Origin: a bacterium
GTDB lineage: Bacteria > Hinthialibacterota > Hinthialibacteria > Hinthialibacterales > Hinthialibacteraceae
Length of the DNA: 64,000 nt
NCBI GenBank assembly: GCA_963662285.2
Contig: CAXXMV010000008.1
Location: 736,001-800,000, forward strand
Direction of reading: 5' to 3'
In this document: piece after piece, positions 29,909-39,725 of the stretch
How the letters are laid out: every line of letters starts with the position of its first letter
How positions within the stretch are numbered: position 1 is the first letter of the stretch
Position numbers and translations under genes: made by a program
The notes under the pieces: generated by a model
What the model saw: the letters and a program-made list of their open reading frames with translations, nothing else
Told to the model about the DNA's origin: nothing
Database searches by the model: none

Positions 29909-32386
29909 ATGAACCTACACTGGTATGACGAACAAATTCAACTTTACAAAAAACTTACTTCCCTCTATGAAAAAATGGCGGCGGGATTAAAACGGCGTCT
30001 GCAAATCGCCATGTCCGAGATGGGGATGGACGCTATCGTTCAGGCGCGTGCAAAAACCATCTCCAGCTATGCAGAAAAGATCGTCCGCAAACAGAGCAAA
30101 TATGCCGATCCTATCCGTCTGATCACCGACCTCTGCGGACTGCGCATCATCGTCGAACGATTGGATGAAGTTCGCCGATTGTGCGATTTCATTGAAACCG
30201 AGTTTGAGATTGATGAAGGAAACAGTGAAGATTGCCTCGAACGTCTGAAGATCAATGAGTTCGGCTACTTATCCAATCATTACATCGTGATGTTGACTTC
30301 CCCCGAAAAAGCTGAAGCGTTCGGCATTACGACGAGCGATCTCGATATCATAAAAACAGTCAAGGGGCTGGATTTTCCGATCAAGGCCGAGATCCAAGTA
30401 CGGACGCTACTGCAACATGCATGGGCGGTTTTCATACATAAGCATCTCTATAAAAGGAAATGGAACCTACCGCGGGCGTGGCTCCGCGAAACATCCCGTA
30501 TCTCGGCTATGTTGGAGGATGCGGACGATTCGTTTTCCCGACTGGTCGAGGAAATTGACGTCTATAAGACACAGTACGGCGCCTACATGACGCCAGATCA
30601 GATGAACAGTGAAATCGAGATGCTGCAATTGATTCAACGTTACGATCCCGGTAATGAATCTCTTGCCCGTGAAATTGCTCGAATCGCGAAGGAAAGCGGA
30701 CGCTGGTCATTGGTGGTGGAAACATTATTGCCGTTTCGCGAATCCGCCGATCCCGACTCTCTTCTCGATCTCGGCAACGCCATTTTGCACATGAAAGATC
30801 CGCTCCAAGTCGATGAAGGCCACCGCCTGATTGAGCGCGCCATTGAATTGTCTGCTAAAAACGCACCAGCCTATATCACCTTAGCCCAATTGTGCAGAGA
30901 AAGCGAACAGACAAAACGTTTGCGCTATTACGAAATGGCTTTTCAGGCCGATCCAAACGAACCCATGGCATTTTGTGGTTTTCTGCTAAACAAAATCATA
31001 GCAGAGCGAAATCGAGATTTTCTAGCATTGCTTCGCCCTCTTATAGAAAATGCCGTCAAACGTTGTAATGATCGAATACGCGCCGGTGTCGATGCTTCCT
31101 CTTCGTATTGTCATATCGGAATATTGCAGATGGCGTTGGGTCGAATGGAATCGAGCGCATCCGCCTTTGCCAAAGCGGCGACATTAAAACCGGTTCCTCG
31201 CGTATTTTATGAATATCGAGATTCGGTGCGTTTATTAATAAATCAGGTTAACAATCAATGGCCCGAACTACTCATACTCGACCAACTATTCGATCTCTTC
31301 AACAAAGCAGAGGCGCTTCAAAGCGGTTCAATCTCTGACATTTCAAACGACTTGCAGACGACGAGCCTGATACGGATTCCCGTTGTCATTGTGGCAGGCA
31401 GCTGCAATGAAGATTCGTCTCACCTCATGGAGGCGCATCGAAAATTGATGACAGAATCGTTTCAAGGATTTCAAGGAACAATTGTATCAGGCGGAACCCG
31501 ATCAGGCGTCAGTGGTCTGGTGGGAGATATGTCGTTGGATATGGGCAACGCCGTGAAACTGGGATATATACCCAAAGACATCGAATCAAATCAACTGCAT
31601 CCTGCTTTCCTCATCCGGAGAACGAAGGGATCAACCTTTTCGACGCTGGAACCAATCCAGTATTGGATAGATTTGCTACAATCTGGGATTTGTCCATTGC
31701 AAGTAAAATTGATCGGCTTCGGTGGTGGGGTGCTTTCAGCGTTTGAATATCGCTTGGCGCTGGCAATGGGCGCCTGGGTGGGCATATTGCCTGATAGCAG
31801 GCGTGAAGCCGCCCGCCTGCTGGACGACGATGATTGGAATGGCTCACCGAACCTTCTTCGCATTCCGTTGGATGCTGGGATTTTACGTTCCTTCATTCAC
31901 CCTGCGCCGTCGGCGGCGTTTGCGTCGGATGATCGCGAGCGAATGGCACGGGGCATTCATGGCGAATATCGAAAAAAACATGTGAAGCGATTGCTGCAAT
32001 ACGAGCCTTCCGCCGTCGAGTGGGAATATCTGAGAGACGATTTGAAAGAGTCTAATCGGCGACAGGCCGATCACTATTGCATGACGTTGCAATCGGCCAG
32101 TCTCAACATTCGGAAGGCGCTGAGGAGGAGTGAAATACAAATCATTGAATTCACTGATCGTGAAATAGAAGTCATGGCCGAAAGAGAACATTCGCGTTGG
32201 ACCGTGGAGCGCTTGATGGATGGATGGCGTCTGGGAGAGCAGAACACCGACCGAAAAGAAAGCCCCTATCTGGTCTCCTGGATGGACCTTTCCGACGATA
32301 TTAAGGACTACGACCGAAACGCAGTCAAGGACATTCCACGGATTTTAGAAGAATACGGTTATGAAGTGTATCGTGAAACCATCTGA
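29909..32386 (+). CDS. RelA/SpoT synthetase domain + TPR + SLOG-like Rossmann + RyR-repeat protein
   Basis: RAKTISSYAEK, DLCGLRII, GYLSNHY, EIQVRTLLQHAWA; VVIVAGS, IVSGGTRSGV, GFGGG...FEYRLA (SLOG-like); MARGIHGEY...W..L.DDLKESN and MAEREHSRW...LVSW.DLSDDIKDYDR (RyR). Confidence 0.85.
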   Translation: MNLHWYDEQIQLYKKLTSLYEKMAAGLKRRLQIAMSEMGMDAIVQARAKTISSYAEKIVRKQSKYADPIRLITDLCGLRIIVERLDEVRRLCDFIETEFEIDEGNSEDCLERLKINEFGYLSNHYIVMLTSPEKAEAFGITTSDLDIIKTVKGLDFPIKAEIQVRTLLQHAWAVFIHKHLYKRKWNLPRAWLRETSRISAMLEDADDSFSRLVEEIDVYKTQYGAYMTPDQMNSEIEMLQLIQRYDPGNESLAREIARIAKESGRWSLVVETLLPFRESADPDSLLDLGNAILHMKDPLQVDEGHRLIERAIELSAKNAPAYITLAQLCRESEQTKRLRYYEMAFQADPNEPMAFCGFLLNKIIAERNRDFLALLRPLIENAVKRCNDRIRAGVDASSSYCHIGILQMALGRMESSASAFAKAATLKPVPRVFYEYRDSVRLLINQVNNQWPELLILDQLFDLFNKAEALQSGSISDISNDLQTTSLIRIPVVIVAGSCNEDSSHLMEAHRKLMTESFQGFQGTIVSGGTRSGVSGLVGDMSLDMGNAVKLGYIPKDIESNQLHPAFLIRRTKGSTFSTLEPIQYWIDLLQSGICPLQVKLIGFGGGVLSAFEYRLALAMGAWVGILPDSRREAARLLDDDDWNGSPNLLRIPLDAGILRSFIHPAPSAAFASDDRERMARGIHGEYRKKHVKRLLQYEPSAVEWEYLRDDLKESNRRQADHYCMTLQSASLNIRKALRRSEIQIIEFTDREIEVMAEREHSRWTVERLMDGWRLGEQNTDRKESPYLVSWMDLSDDIKDYDRNAVKDIPRILEEYGYEVYRETI

Positions 32387-32792
32387 ACCTTGGGCGTCAC
32401 CCATTCCAACGGCACGAGTCATCATCGTCAATGAAGAGGGCGCTGTATTGCTATTGAAACGTGGTGAGGGCGACTATGGTGCCGGTCTGTGGTGCTTACC
32501 CGGTGGGAAGGTGGATTATGGAGAATGCCTCAAGGAGGCGGCCCGTCGTGAACTGCATGAAGAAACATCGATCCACCCAGACCATCTACGTTTTTTATTC
32601 TATCAGGATGGATTACCCAAATTTGATCAGGATATGCATTGCATCGAACTTTTTTTTCAATGCGTATACTCCGGTCCCGTCTCCGTCAATTGCGAATCCA
32701 TCGATTTTGCCTGGGTTAAAGAGAAAGGAATACAAGATTATCCTATGGCTTTCAATCACGACCGAGCATTGAGCCGATATTGGGAAACATGA
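32361..32792 (+). CDS. Nudix hydrolase
   Basis: Nudix box GGKVDYGECLKEAARRELHEET; overlaps the upstream stop. Confidence 0.92.
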   Translation: MKCIVKPSEPWASPIPTARVIIVNEEGAVLLLKRGEGDYGAGLWCLPGGKVDYGECLKEAARRELHEETSIHPDHLRFLFYQDGLPKFDQDMHCIELFFQCVYSGPVSVNCESIDFAWVKEKGIQDYPMAFNHDRALSRYWET

Positions 32793-33189
32793 TAAAAGTT
32801 GTCTGCTAAGTCTATCCGTTTTTTATGGATTGGATTGAGACACATTGCGGCAAAGGGATTTCCAATCGTGCAATCAAAATATTGTCTATTTCTCAGTACT
32901 CATTTTAAGCTTGCCAGCAGCTTATAGCAGAACTTAAGTAATAATATAATGGAACATGCAATAAGATTAATGAATCCAGGAATCTTACGCTTTTTTTGCT
33001 TTTATTATGTCTCTAGTAAATAAGCCGTGAAGTCAAAAAACTCATCCTACATGCAAGAGCTTCATATAAAACGGTTTGCGTTAACTATATTTTTGTAGGC
33101 TTGGCCTATTGAGTTTGTCTGCGTTTGCTGGAATGATAATTCTTTTGCTCAGTATATAGGATTATCTCTTCCCGTGCTGGAATTCATTT

Positions 33190-33310
33190 TGAAACCTTGC
33201 CATTTGATTATCTGATTCATGGCCTCGCATTTCAATCGCGAGCAGCAGCAAATCATTGAGTATCTGCAGGTTGAGAACGAGGTTCTCCGTGAAAAGTTGG
33301 AGAAAAAGTC
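33190..33310 (+). pseudogene. N-terminal fragment of an integrase-core (IS481/IS3-like) transposase
   Basis: FNREQQQIIEYLQVENEVLREKLEKK resembles the N-terminus of such transposases. Confidence 0.5.
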
Positions 33311-33337
33311 CTTTTTTAACTATCCGATATTTTTATT

Positions 33338-33466
33338 GCCAGGTGAAACGGAGGTCGGCTCTGCTGGAGAGCAACCGGCCAAGGGATAACCTGGTGCGTT
33401 TGCGATGGGTGGAAACTGGGGGTGAACTTAAAAAGATTCGCTCCCTGATTCCTTTCAATTCCACCC
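33338..33466 (+). ncRNA. Putative IS-borne structured RNA, copy B
   Basis: GCCAGGT-GAAACGGA-GGTCGG-CTC-TGCT GGAG AGCA-A-CCGGCC-AAGGGATA-ACCTGGT plus a downstream hairpin. Confidence 0.6.
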
Positions 33467-33504
33467 GGAACATTCGCCCATGCCTCACAAAACTCAAATC
33501 ATAA

Positions 33505-34296
33505 CTATGTGTTTTCTTCATCATGCGGTGTTGTTTCCTGTCCAGATTTAGTTTCCATCTTTTGCCGCGTCCGGTATGAGTTGCCTTTGGTGGTGAGAAT
33601 ATGAGCGTGGTGCACGAGGCGGTCCAGCAAGGCGGTGGTTAATTTCTCGCTGCCGAAAACCTGCACCCATTCACTGAAATCCAAGTTGGTCGTCACAATG
33701 GTCGAGCGGCGTTCGTATCGATCCGCCAAAAGATTAAATAGCAACTCGCCTTCGTGTTTGTTGAAAGGAGTGAATCCCAGTTCATCCACAATCAAAAGAG
33801 AAACGCTCAAATAGCGTTGATGCAAACGTCCCAGCGTCCGGTCATCTTTGGCTTCCACCAAATTCCTGACCAGTTCCGATGCTCTCACAAAAACCACCCT
33901 GCATCGACGCCGCGCCGCTTCCATGCCCAGCGCAATGGCCAAGTGTGATTTGCCCGTTCCGATTGGCCCCGCAATAATCACGTCATCCGCGCGATCAATA
34001 AATTCACCACTGGCCAGTTCGAGCACTTTCGGTTTGGATACCCCGCGCAATTTCTGCCAATCAATTTGATCAAGCGTTTTTTGATCGGGGAAACGGGCTT
34101 CCCGAATACGGCGCAAGGCGCTTTTCTCGCGTCGTTCGCGCACTTCCGACTCAAGCAACTGCTTGAGAAATTCTTCATAAGGCCAATCCCCATCCTGCGC
34201 ATGACGCGCTAATTCCGGGTAAAGCCGCACCATGGCGCTGAGTTTAAGTTCTTTCCCATATTCTTCAATCACGGCTTTCAAGGCGCTATTATTCAT
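33505..34296 (-). CDS. istB: IS21-family helper ATPase IstB
   Basis: GPIGTGKSHLA Walker A, LLIVDELG, IVTTNL, ALLDRLVHHA. Confidence 0.93.
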   Translation of the reverse strand: MNNSALKAVIEEYGKELKLSAMVRLYPELARHAQDGDWPYEEFLKQLLESEVRERREKSALRRIREARFPDQKTLDQIDWQKLRGVSKPKVLELASGEFIDRADDVIIAGPIGTGKSHLAIALGMEAARRRCRVVFVRASELVRNLVEAKDDRTLGRLHQRYLSVSLLIVDELGFTPFNKHEGELLFNLLADRYERRSTIVTTNLDFSEWVQVFGSEKLTTALLDRLVHHAHILTTKGNSYRTRQKMETKSGQETTPHDEENT

Positions 34297-35197
34297 GATC
34301 GCCTCCTCGCAACAAAAAATCATAATCGGCGGCGGTCGCTTTTTCGATCACATATTCTGCCAGTTCATCCGGCACGGGAATAGTTAGAGGCGCACTTTGA
34401 TCAATGATATCCATTCGCCCCAACAGACCGGTTCGATCTGCGTCCAGTATGTCCTTAACAGCCTGACTGACCTCTTCCAAAGATGAGTCCAGGATCGCTC
34501 TAAGCACTTTGGCCATTATGCGGGCGGCGTTAATTCCACCGTGTGATTTTTCCAGCAAGTTCCAGAAACGCTGAAATGGTTCGCCTAGTTCCGACATCAA
34601 CTCCGGCGAAAGTTGACGGACTGCTTGCGGCTTTTTGGCGAATTCACGCAGGTAATGAACATAGCGAATCTGCCGCCCCGCTTGTTTTTTCTTTTCATAA
34701 ATAACGGTGATCCCCTGGCAAACAATCCGTATTTCTTCCACGCCGACATAGGCCATCGCTTCCAGGCAAGCCCATTCCGAGGGCAGCGAATACTCGGTTC
34801 CCTCAATGATGGCGGTCGATTTACGGTTGATTGAAATGGGGAGCAAACGGCTTGGATCAAACGGATAAGGCGGCAGGGAATGTAAATAGCGCTGCTCTTC
34901 TTTGATCTTTTCCGCAACCGGTTTCCCGGCGCGATCCTTTTTGGATTGACGAAGTTTCTCAATGTCATGCAAGAGGGCTTGCGATAATTGGGCCAGCGAA
35001 TCGCCGCGCGGAACCGGCGTGAGATGCTGCAAACGAATACCTTTACCCCGGCTTTCCACTCCGCCTTTGTCGTGTCCAACGCCAACCCGCGCAAAGCAGG
35101 GTTCGAATAAATAATGGCTCACCAAGGCGTGGAAGCGTCCGCTTAATTCACGGGCGGGATACATGATGCGTTTTACCGCCGCCGCCAGATCAACCAA
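34289..35197 (-). pseudogene. istA: 5'-truncated IS21 transposase IstA
   Basis: HYLFEPCFA...HDKGGVE, YSLP, HYL...KKPQA; HTH and first catalytic Asp missing; overlaps the istB start. Confidence 0.85.
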
Positions 35198-35220
35198 TCA
35201 CAAGACAAAGGAGCATCGAC

Positions 35221-35619
35221 ATGACGGATAACAATTTACCAACATTTTACATGACAGAAGACGAACTCATTCCTGAGGGCGTTTATCAAACTGAATGCAC
35301 CAAAGTGGAAAGCATCAAAAAGGGCAGATACATCAAGTTTACTTTCTGAATTTTGGATTATAGCCTTGAGAAAAACTTTGCGAATGGACTCTGCGAAACA
35401 CGAAGCAACCGATCTTCCAGTTTCGTACGCTGGGTTAGGACGCTTTCGGGTATTGAATTCTCTAAAGACCAATCCTTCAACTTGAATGAGTTGCAGCATG
35501 ACATTATTGGGAACCATTGCTTTGTTCGGATCAAGCATAAAGAAAAAGACGACCGTGTCTTTGATAACGTCGTAGCGGTTTATCCGCACGATGATTCGCG
35601 ATTCACAAAATCGTCATAG
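35221..35619 (+). pseudogene. Frameshifted phage-type OB-fold/SSB-like (DUF669-like) gene
   Basis: AAGGAG RBS, ELIPEGVY..., then shifted frame GRYIKFTF*ILD...IIGNHCFVRIKHK...FDNVVAV. Confidence 0.45.
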
Positions 35620-35624
35620 GAGGA

Positions 35625-35852
35625 ATGAGACAAATGACTGTACCCGCTACCTTGAAAAAAGTCATAACGCCGGAAGGGAAAGTTTATTACGAGGGTTCTT
35701 TCCCTTCTTGTATATCCAAGAGCAAAGAGGATCTTAAAGTGATCGGTTACGATGAAGAAAATGTTCCATCTGAATTGCGTTCTATGGCGTCAAAAGTTCC
35801 AGCGAAAGATGGTAATTTTTATCTTTTCATTGAAGAACTGACCAAGAAGTGA
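35625..35852 (+). CDS. Small hypothetical protein of the island mobility module
   Basis: AGGAGG RBS; sits between the SSB-like gene and the excisionase. Confidence 0.55.
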   Translation: MRQMTVPATLKKVITPEGKVYYEGSFPSCISKSKEDLKVIGYDEENVPSELRSMASKVPAKDGNFYLFIEELTKK

Positions 35853-35937
35853 TTCCGTACTGGATGGCCTTCGGTGAGGTAATCGCTTCGCCGGAGCCGA
35901 TGCGAAACAGAATTCTGATCGATCATGGAATAGACAG

Positions 35938-36126
35938 ATGAAAATAACAATAGATCTCTTCACACGTGAAGATGCAGCGAAATACCTTCGCATATCAATT
36001 CGGTATCTCGACAAATTACTTTCCGATGGAGAAATACAGAAAGTCCAATACCGTCCCGGAGGGCGAGTATTCATTGACAAAGCGGATTTGGATGAATTTA
36101 TCGAGAACAGCAAGCGATATGGCTAA
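35938..36126 (+). CDS. Excisionase-like HTH protein
   Basis: LFTREDAAKYLRIS...LL.DGEI...GRVFIDKADLDEFIE; convergent with the integrase. Confidence 0.85.
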   Translation: MKITIDLFTREDAAKYLRISIRYLDKLLSDGEIQKVQYRPGGRVFIDKADLDEFIENSKRYG

Positions 36127-37172
36127 TCGATTCTATCGATATCGCTATCCATCTCCTGAAGGTGCGCATAAATTTGCGTTGTAACTGAATCCTTATGACC
36201 CAACCATTTCTGTACTTTATAAAGGCTAACTCCAGCAATAGCCAACTGAGAAGCAAACGTATACCGCAACACGTGAGGGGTGGCATTATCCACACCGGCT
36301 GCGTTGCAGACTTTATCGAATCCTTTACGAAAATCGTATCGATACCGGTTTTGTTTCCGCTCCCTATCATCGGAGAATATGTATCCGCTTTCTTCCCTGC
36401 AAGGTTCAAACTCTTCCTTGATTTTTGAGTGCATCGGAACCGTCCGATGTCGCCCGCTTTTGGGATTGAAATCCTCGCTCTCTTGGATAGTGATCGTCCG
36501 CCGTTCAAAGTCGAACCATTCCCACCAAATGAACGATATTTCCCGTTTCCGTAATCCTGCATAGATGCCCAATAGGAATACCCAATACCATTCTCTTCTC
36601 AGAGCCTTCGCCACTGCCAAGACTTTTTCGATCTCTTCACTGCTTAAAAATCTCGGCAATTTTTGGGGAACTTTGAATTTCTCGACTCCAGAACAGGGAT
36701 TCCGGTCTAATTCTCTACATTTTACTGCTCTCCCCAAGATGGCGCTGATATGTCTGAGATGAATATTGACTGAAGTAGGGGACGATCCAGCCTTCAACCT
36801 TTTCTGCTTAAAATCCTCAATGACGGCGGGAGTGATCTGTCTCAGTTTCTTCTTATTACCCAAAATCTCTAGAAGATACCGAACCGCTTCTTTTTCAATG
36901 TTAATTGTAGATTGCCTTTTATGTTGAGCCGCGTATTCCCAATAACGATTAAGAAATGAATCGATATCGCTTTGACCTTGGGTTTCATGTCCATCAGAGG
37001 AAATAGCGAGTTGACGCTCCAGTTCCTTCACTCGTTCGAGCGCTTCCGACTTGATCCCCGTATGGAGATTCTTATGGAATTGCTTTCCACCTATTGAATA
37101 GTAACACCAATAGGACTTGTCATTCTTGCGTTTTTTGCGGATACGGACTTTAACCATGATTCCTCTCTCCAT
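36123..37172 (-). CDS. Tyrosine recombinase/integrase
   Basis: AGLRKREI, PKSG, HVLRYTFAS, LGH, TQIYAH catalytic residues intact. Confidence 0.95.
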   Translation of the reverse strand: MERGIMVKVRIRKKRKNDKSYWCYYSIGGKQFHKNLHTGIKSEALERVKELERQLAISSDGHETQGQSDIDSFLNRYWEYAAQHKRQSTINIEKEAVRYLLEILGNKKKLRQITPAVIEDFKQKRLKAGSSPTSVNIHLRHISAILGRAVKCRELDRNPCSGVEKFKVPQKLPRFLSSEEIEKVLAVAKALRREWYWVFLLGIYAGLRKREISFIWWEWFDFERRTITIQESEDFNPKSGRHRTVPMHSKIKEEFEPCREESGYIFSDDRERKQNRYRYDFRKGFDKVCNAAGVDNATPHVLRYTFASQLAIAGVSLYKVQKWLGHKDSVTTQIYAHLQEMDSDIDRID

Positions 37173-37258
37173 TCATTATTATATGGAAATTCTATGGAAA
37201 GAGGCAAAGGGGGAGTTTCAGGAAAATTATAAGTCTTTATATTTCAATAAATTAAACA

Positions 37259-37332
37259 CGCGCCGGAAGGGACTCGAACCCCCAACCGCCTGATCCGAAG
37301 TCAGGTGCTCTATCCAATTGAGCCACCGGCGC
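37259..37332 (-). tRNA. tRNA-Arg (anticodon TCG), no encoded CCA
   Basis: GCGCCGG acceptor stem, D-arm GCTCAATTGGATAGAGC, anticodon arm CCTGA-CTTCGGA-TCAGG, GGTTCGAGTCC T-arm. Confidence 0.95.
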
Positions 37333-37429
37333 TGATTGAGATATTATTAACCAAAGTGGATTTTGGCCTTTTAACTCCTGGGGTCAAGCCCTTCATCATT
37401 TTGACAAGACAGTTATTCCACAAATTATT

Positions 37430-37466
37430 GTTGTACAGCGCCAAATCCTTGATGGCGCTGTACAAC
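37430..37466 (-). terminator. Hairpin after the oxidoreductase operon
   Basis: 14-bp perfect stem GTTGTACAGCGCCA/TGGCGCTGTACAAC. Confidence 0.6.
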
Positions 37467-37485
37467 TAATGTGTTGCATTCTGAT

Positions 37486-38763
37486 TTACAATATGATTTT
37501 ATCTCTGGCTGAATCAAACTTGGCTACTTTACCTTCACGGAATCCAAGCATACCCATCTGCAAAGCAGTTTGGACATGATAAGCCAAGTCAGCAGTGCTT
37601 TGGGTTTCCAGTTTTCGCTCCCGAATGCATTTAAAGAAGTTTCTCCAATAGTCTTGGAAATTCTCGCCATGTTCAATGGGGAAACTTTTGGCTTTTTTAT
37701 CAGAGCCTTCTGTCGGAGTAAATGTCACATCTTCTCCTGCCACCGTCAAAGTTCCATCCCAGCCGCGAATCACGGGTATGCGGTTTCCAGCGCCGCGCGA
37801 TCCGGTAGTGGGGTGATTGTTGCCCTGGGTTCCCAAAACCACAACCGTAACTTTTTCGGGATAGTCGATCAGCATATTGAAAGTGTCGGGAATCTCTCTT
37901 TCCTGATAGCGGAACTTTCCACCGGTCGCTACAACCGTTTCCGGCATGGATAATCCAAGGATGCTAATAACAGGAGTCAATGAATGCGGAAACAGATCGG
38001 TCACCGGACCGCCGGCATAATCAGCGTACATCCGCCAACGGAAATAGCGGCTTACATCAAAAGGACGCTTGGGAGAATCGCCTAAGAAGGCATCCCAATT
38101 TATATCTTTACCTGGTTTAACATCGGGATCATCAATCGGCATGCCGCGTTCGCCCCAGTCTCCCACGCGGAAATAGCCGCATTCAGCATGAAGCGGCTGC
38201 CCGATAAGGCCGTCTTGAACCAGCGTCTTCATCAGGCTCCATGCGCCGTCAGACATCCCCTGGGTTCCCAGTTGAAATACTCTTTTCGATTTGTTCACTT
38301 CCCACGCCAGTTTTTTAGTCAGTTCAAACTGGCGCCAGTGGGTGACTGGTTTTTCGCAATATACATCTTTGCCAGCCTGCACAGCGTCTATCGCCTGATA
38401 ACCATGAATATGATCCGGAGTGGCGATGCTCACGGCGTCAACCTCCGCATCAGCCAGCAGTTCGCGATGATCCATATATTGTTTTTTTACTTCAAATTTA
38501 TCAGCGGCGCGTTGCATCCGTGGACGATATGAATCACACACGGCAACCACGCGGACATTACAATCTTGTTCTAATTCCTGCACTACGCGAAGATGTGAAT
38601 GCGCTCTGCCTCCAGCGCCAATCACGCCGAATCCAATACGGTCGTTGGCGCCCATTACGCGTGAAGATGATAACGCGGTAATAGCAACAGCGGCGGACGC
38701 AGTACGATTTAGAAAGCCGCGCCGGTCAAGTTTTGATTGAGAATTTTTTGAATCTTTCAACAT
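37486..38763 (-). CDS. Tat-exported Gfo/Idh/MocA oxidoreductase
   Basis: RRGFL twin-arginine; IGAGGR, ATPDHIH, GKDVYCEKP. Confidence 0.92.
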   Translation of the reverse strand: MLKDSKNSQSKLDRRGFLNRTASAAVAITALSSSRVMGANDRIGFGVIGAGGRAHSHLRVVQELEQDCNVRVVAVCDSYRPRMQRAADKFEVKKQYMDHRELLADAEVDAVSIATPDHIHGYQAIDAVQAGKDVYCEKPVTHWRQFELTKKLAWEVNKSKRVFQLGTQGMSDGAWSLMKTLVQDGLIGQPLHAECGYFRVGDWGERGMPIDDPDVKPGKDINWDAFLGDSPKRPFDVSRYFRWRMYADYAGGPVTDLFPHSLTPVISILGLSMPETVVATGGKFRYQEREIPDTFNMLIDYPEKVTVVVLGTQGNNHPTTGSRGAGNRIPVIRGWDGTLTVAGEDVTFTPTEGSDKKAKSFPIEHGENFQDYWRNFFKCIRERKLETQSTADLAYHVQTALQMGMLGFREGKVAKFDSARDKIIL

Positions 38764-38779
38764 AATTATCTCCCTTTTA

Positions 38780-39694
38780 TTATTTAGATTTCAAATTATC
38801 GATCCAGGATTGATAAGCGGCGCCAATGACGTCCGGCTTGATTACGCCATCCCATACTGCGACGCCGTAAGTTAGATTCAACGGATTGCCTTCAGTGATT
38901 TTGAATGGCTTCTCGTGATACAGCATTGTCGCGGATAGATAGGCGAATGAATTAACCATGTTAAACCACGTCGCTTGCCGGTAATTATCAGGGCTGTCAA
39001 ACATGACAACGGTAACGGGATGATCTCCACTGTCAACTGTATACGAACACCACTTGGCGGGCGCTAACCGTTCTTCGCCTCTGAATATCTTTCCTTCAGT
39101 TCCCTCTGAATTGGTGAATTTTCCAACCTTATCCATCGATTCCAAGAAACGCATACCCAGTCCATAGTAATGTGAACCGGAAATATCCACCGATGATTTT
39201 CCGGCAGCGGTTTTGAATTGAGATTGCCAGGTCAATAAAGTATAAGGCTTACTTTTATGAACTGTGACAGTGCGCAATTCATCAAGAACCGCTTGATCAG
39301 AAGGCAGTTTCCAAGTGAGAAACTCAGAGAATCCAGCAGTTTGATCATTAAACAGAGTCTGATTAATTGAACAATGCACCTGTTTCCCGCCCTTGTCAGT
39401 CTCCTCCCAAAAACTTGCGCCCTCCACACTGAATGCAAACATCAAACTATGATGATGCAGATGGTCGCTGGGAGCATCGCGCAGAATATTAAAACCCTGG
39501 GGAGTAAATAATTCCTTAACGTATGGCTTAAAAGGAACCTGATCGTATTTATAGATCATCATAGGACGTTGGCCATCAAGTACAGTGATCTGCTTTTCAT
39601 CAGTAATCACCCGCAGAGATCCATCAGCCATCACATTCATACTGCCTATCACCAACAACAATAATATACTTAAAAAGACGCATGTTTTATTCAT
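38780..39694 (-). CDS. Secreted PmoA-like/DUF6807-family protein
   Basis: Signal peptide from M39694; KPY...TP.G...DHLHHHSL, YYGLGMR. Confidence 0.7.
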   Translation of the reverse strand: MNKTCVFLSILLLLVIGSMNVMADGSLRVITDEKQITVLDGQRPMMIYKYDQVPFKPYVKELFTPQGFNILRDAPSDHLHHHSLMFAFSVEGASFWEETDKGGKQVHCSINQTLFNDQTAGFSEFLTWKLPSDQAVLDELRTVTVHKSKPYTLLTWQSQFKTAAGKSSVDISGSHYYGLGMRFLESMDKVGKFTNSEGTEGKIFRGEERLAPAKWCSYTVDSGDHPVTVVMFDSPDNYRQATWFNMVNSFAYLSATMLYHEKPFKITEGNPLNLTYGVAVWDGVIKPDVIGAAYQSWIDNLKSK

Positions 39695-39725
39695 GATTTT
39701 TTCCCCTTGAATCCGCAATAGCGTC

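Larger units (their letters stand above)
2339..37303. mobile_element. ~35 kb tRNA-Arg-integrated genomic island (defence/conflict cargo)
   Basis: 49-bp direct repeats at both ends, tyrosine integrase plus excisionase adjacent to the tRNA, accessory cargo and IS remnants inside, housekeeping genes beyond the tRNA. Confidence 0.92.

Noticed and set aside
2388-37254. Prophage or ICE
   Set aside because: No structural, terminase, relaxase or T4SS genes recognised
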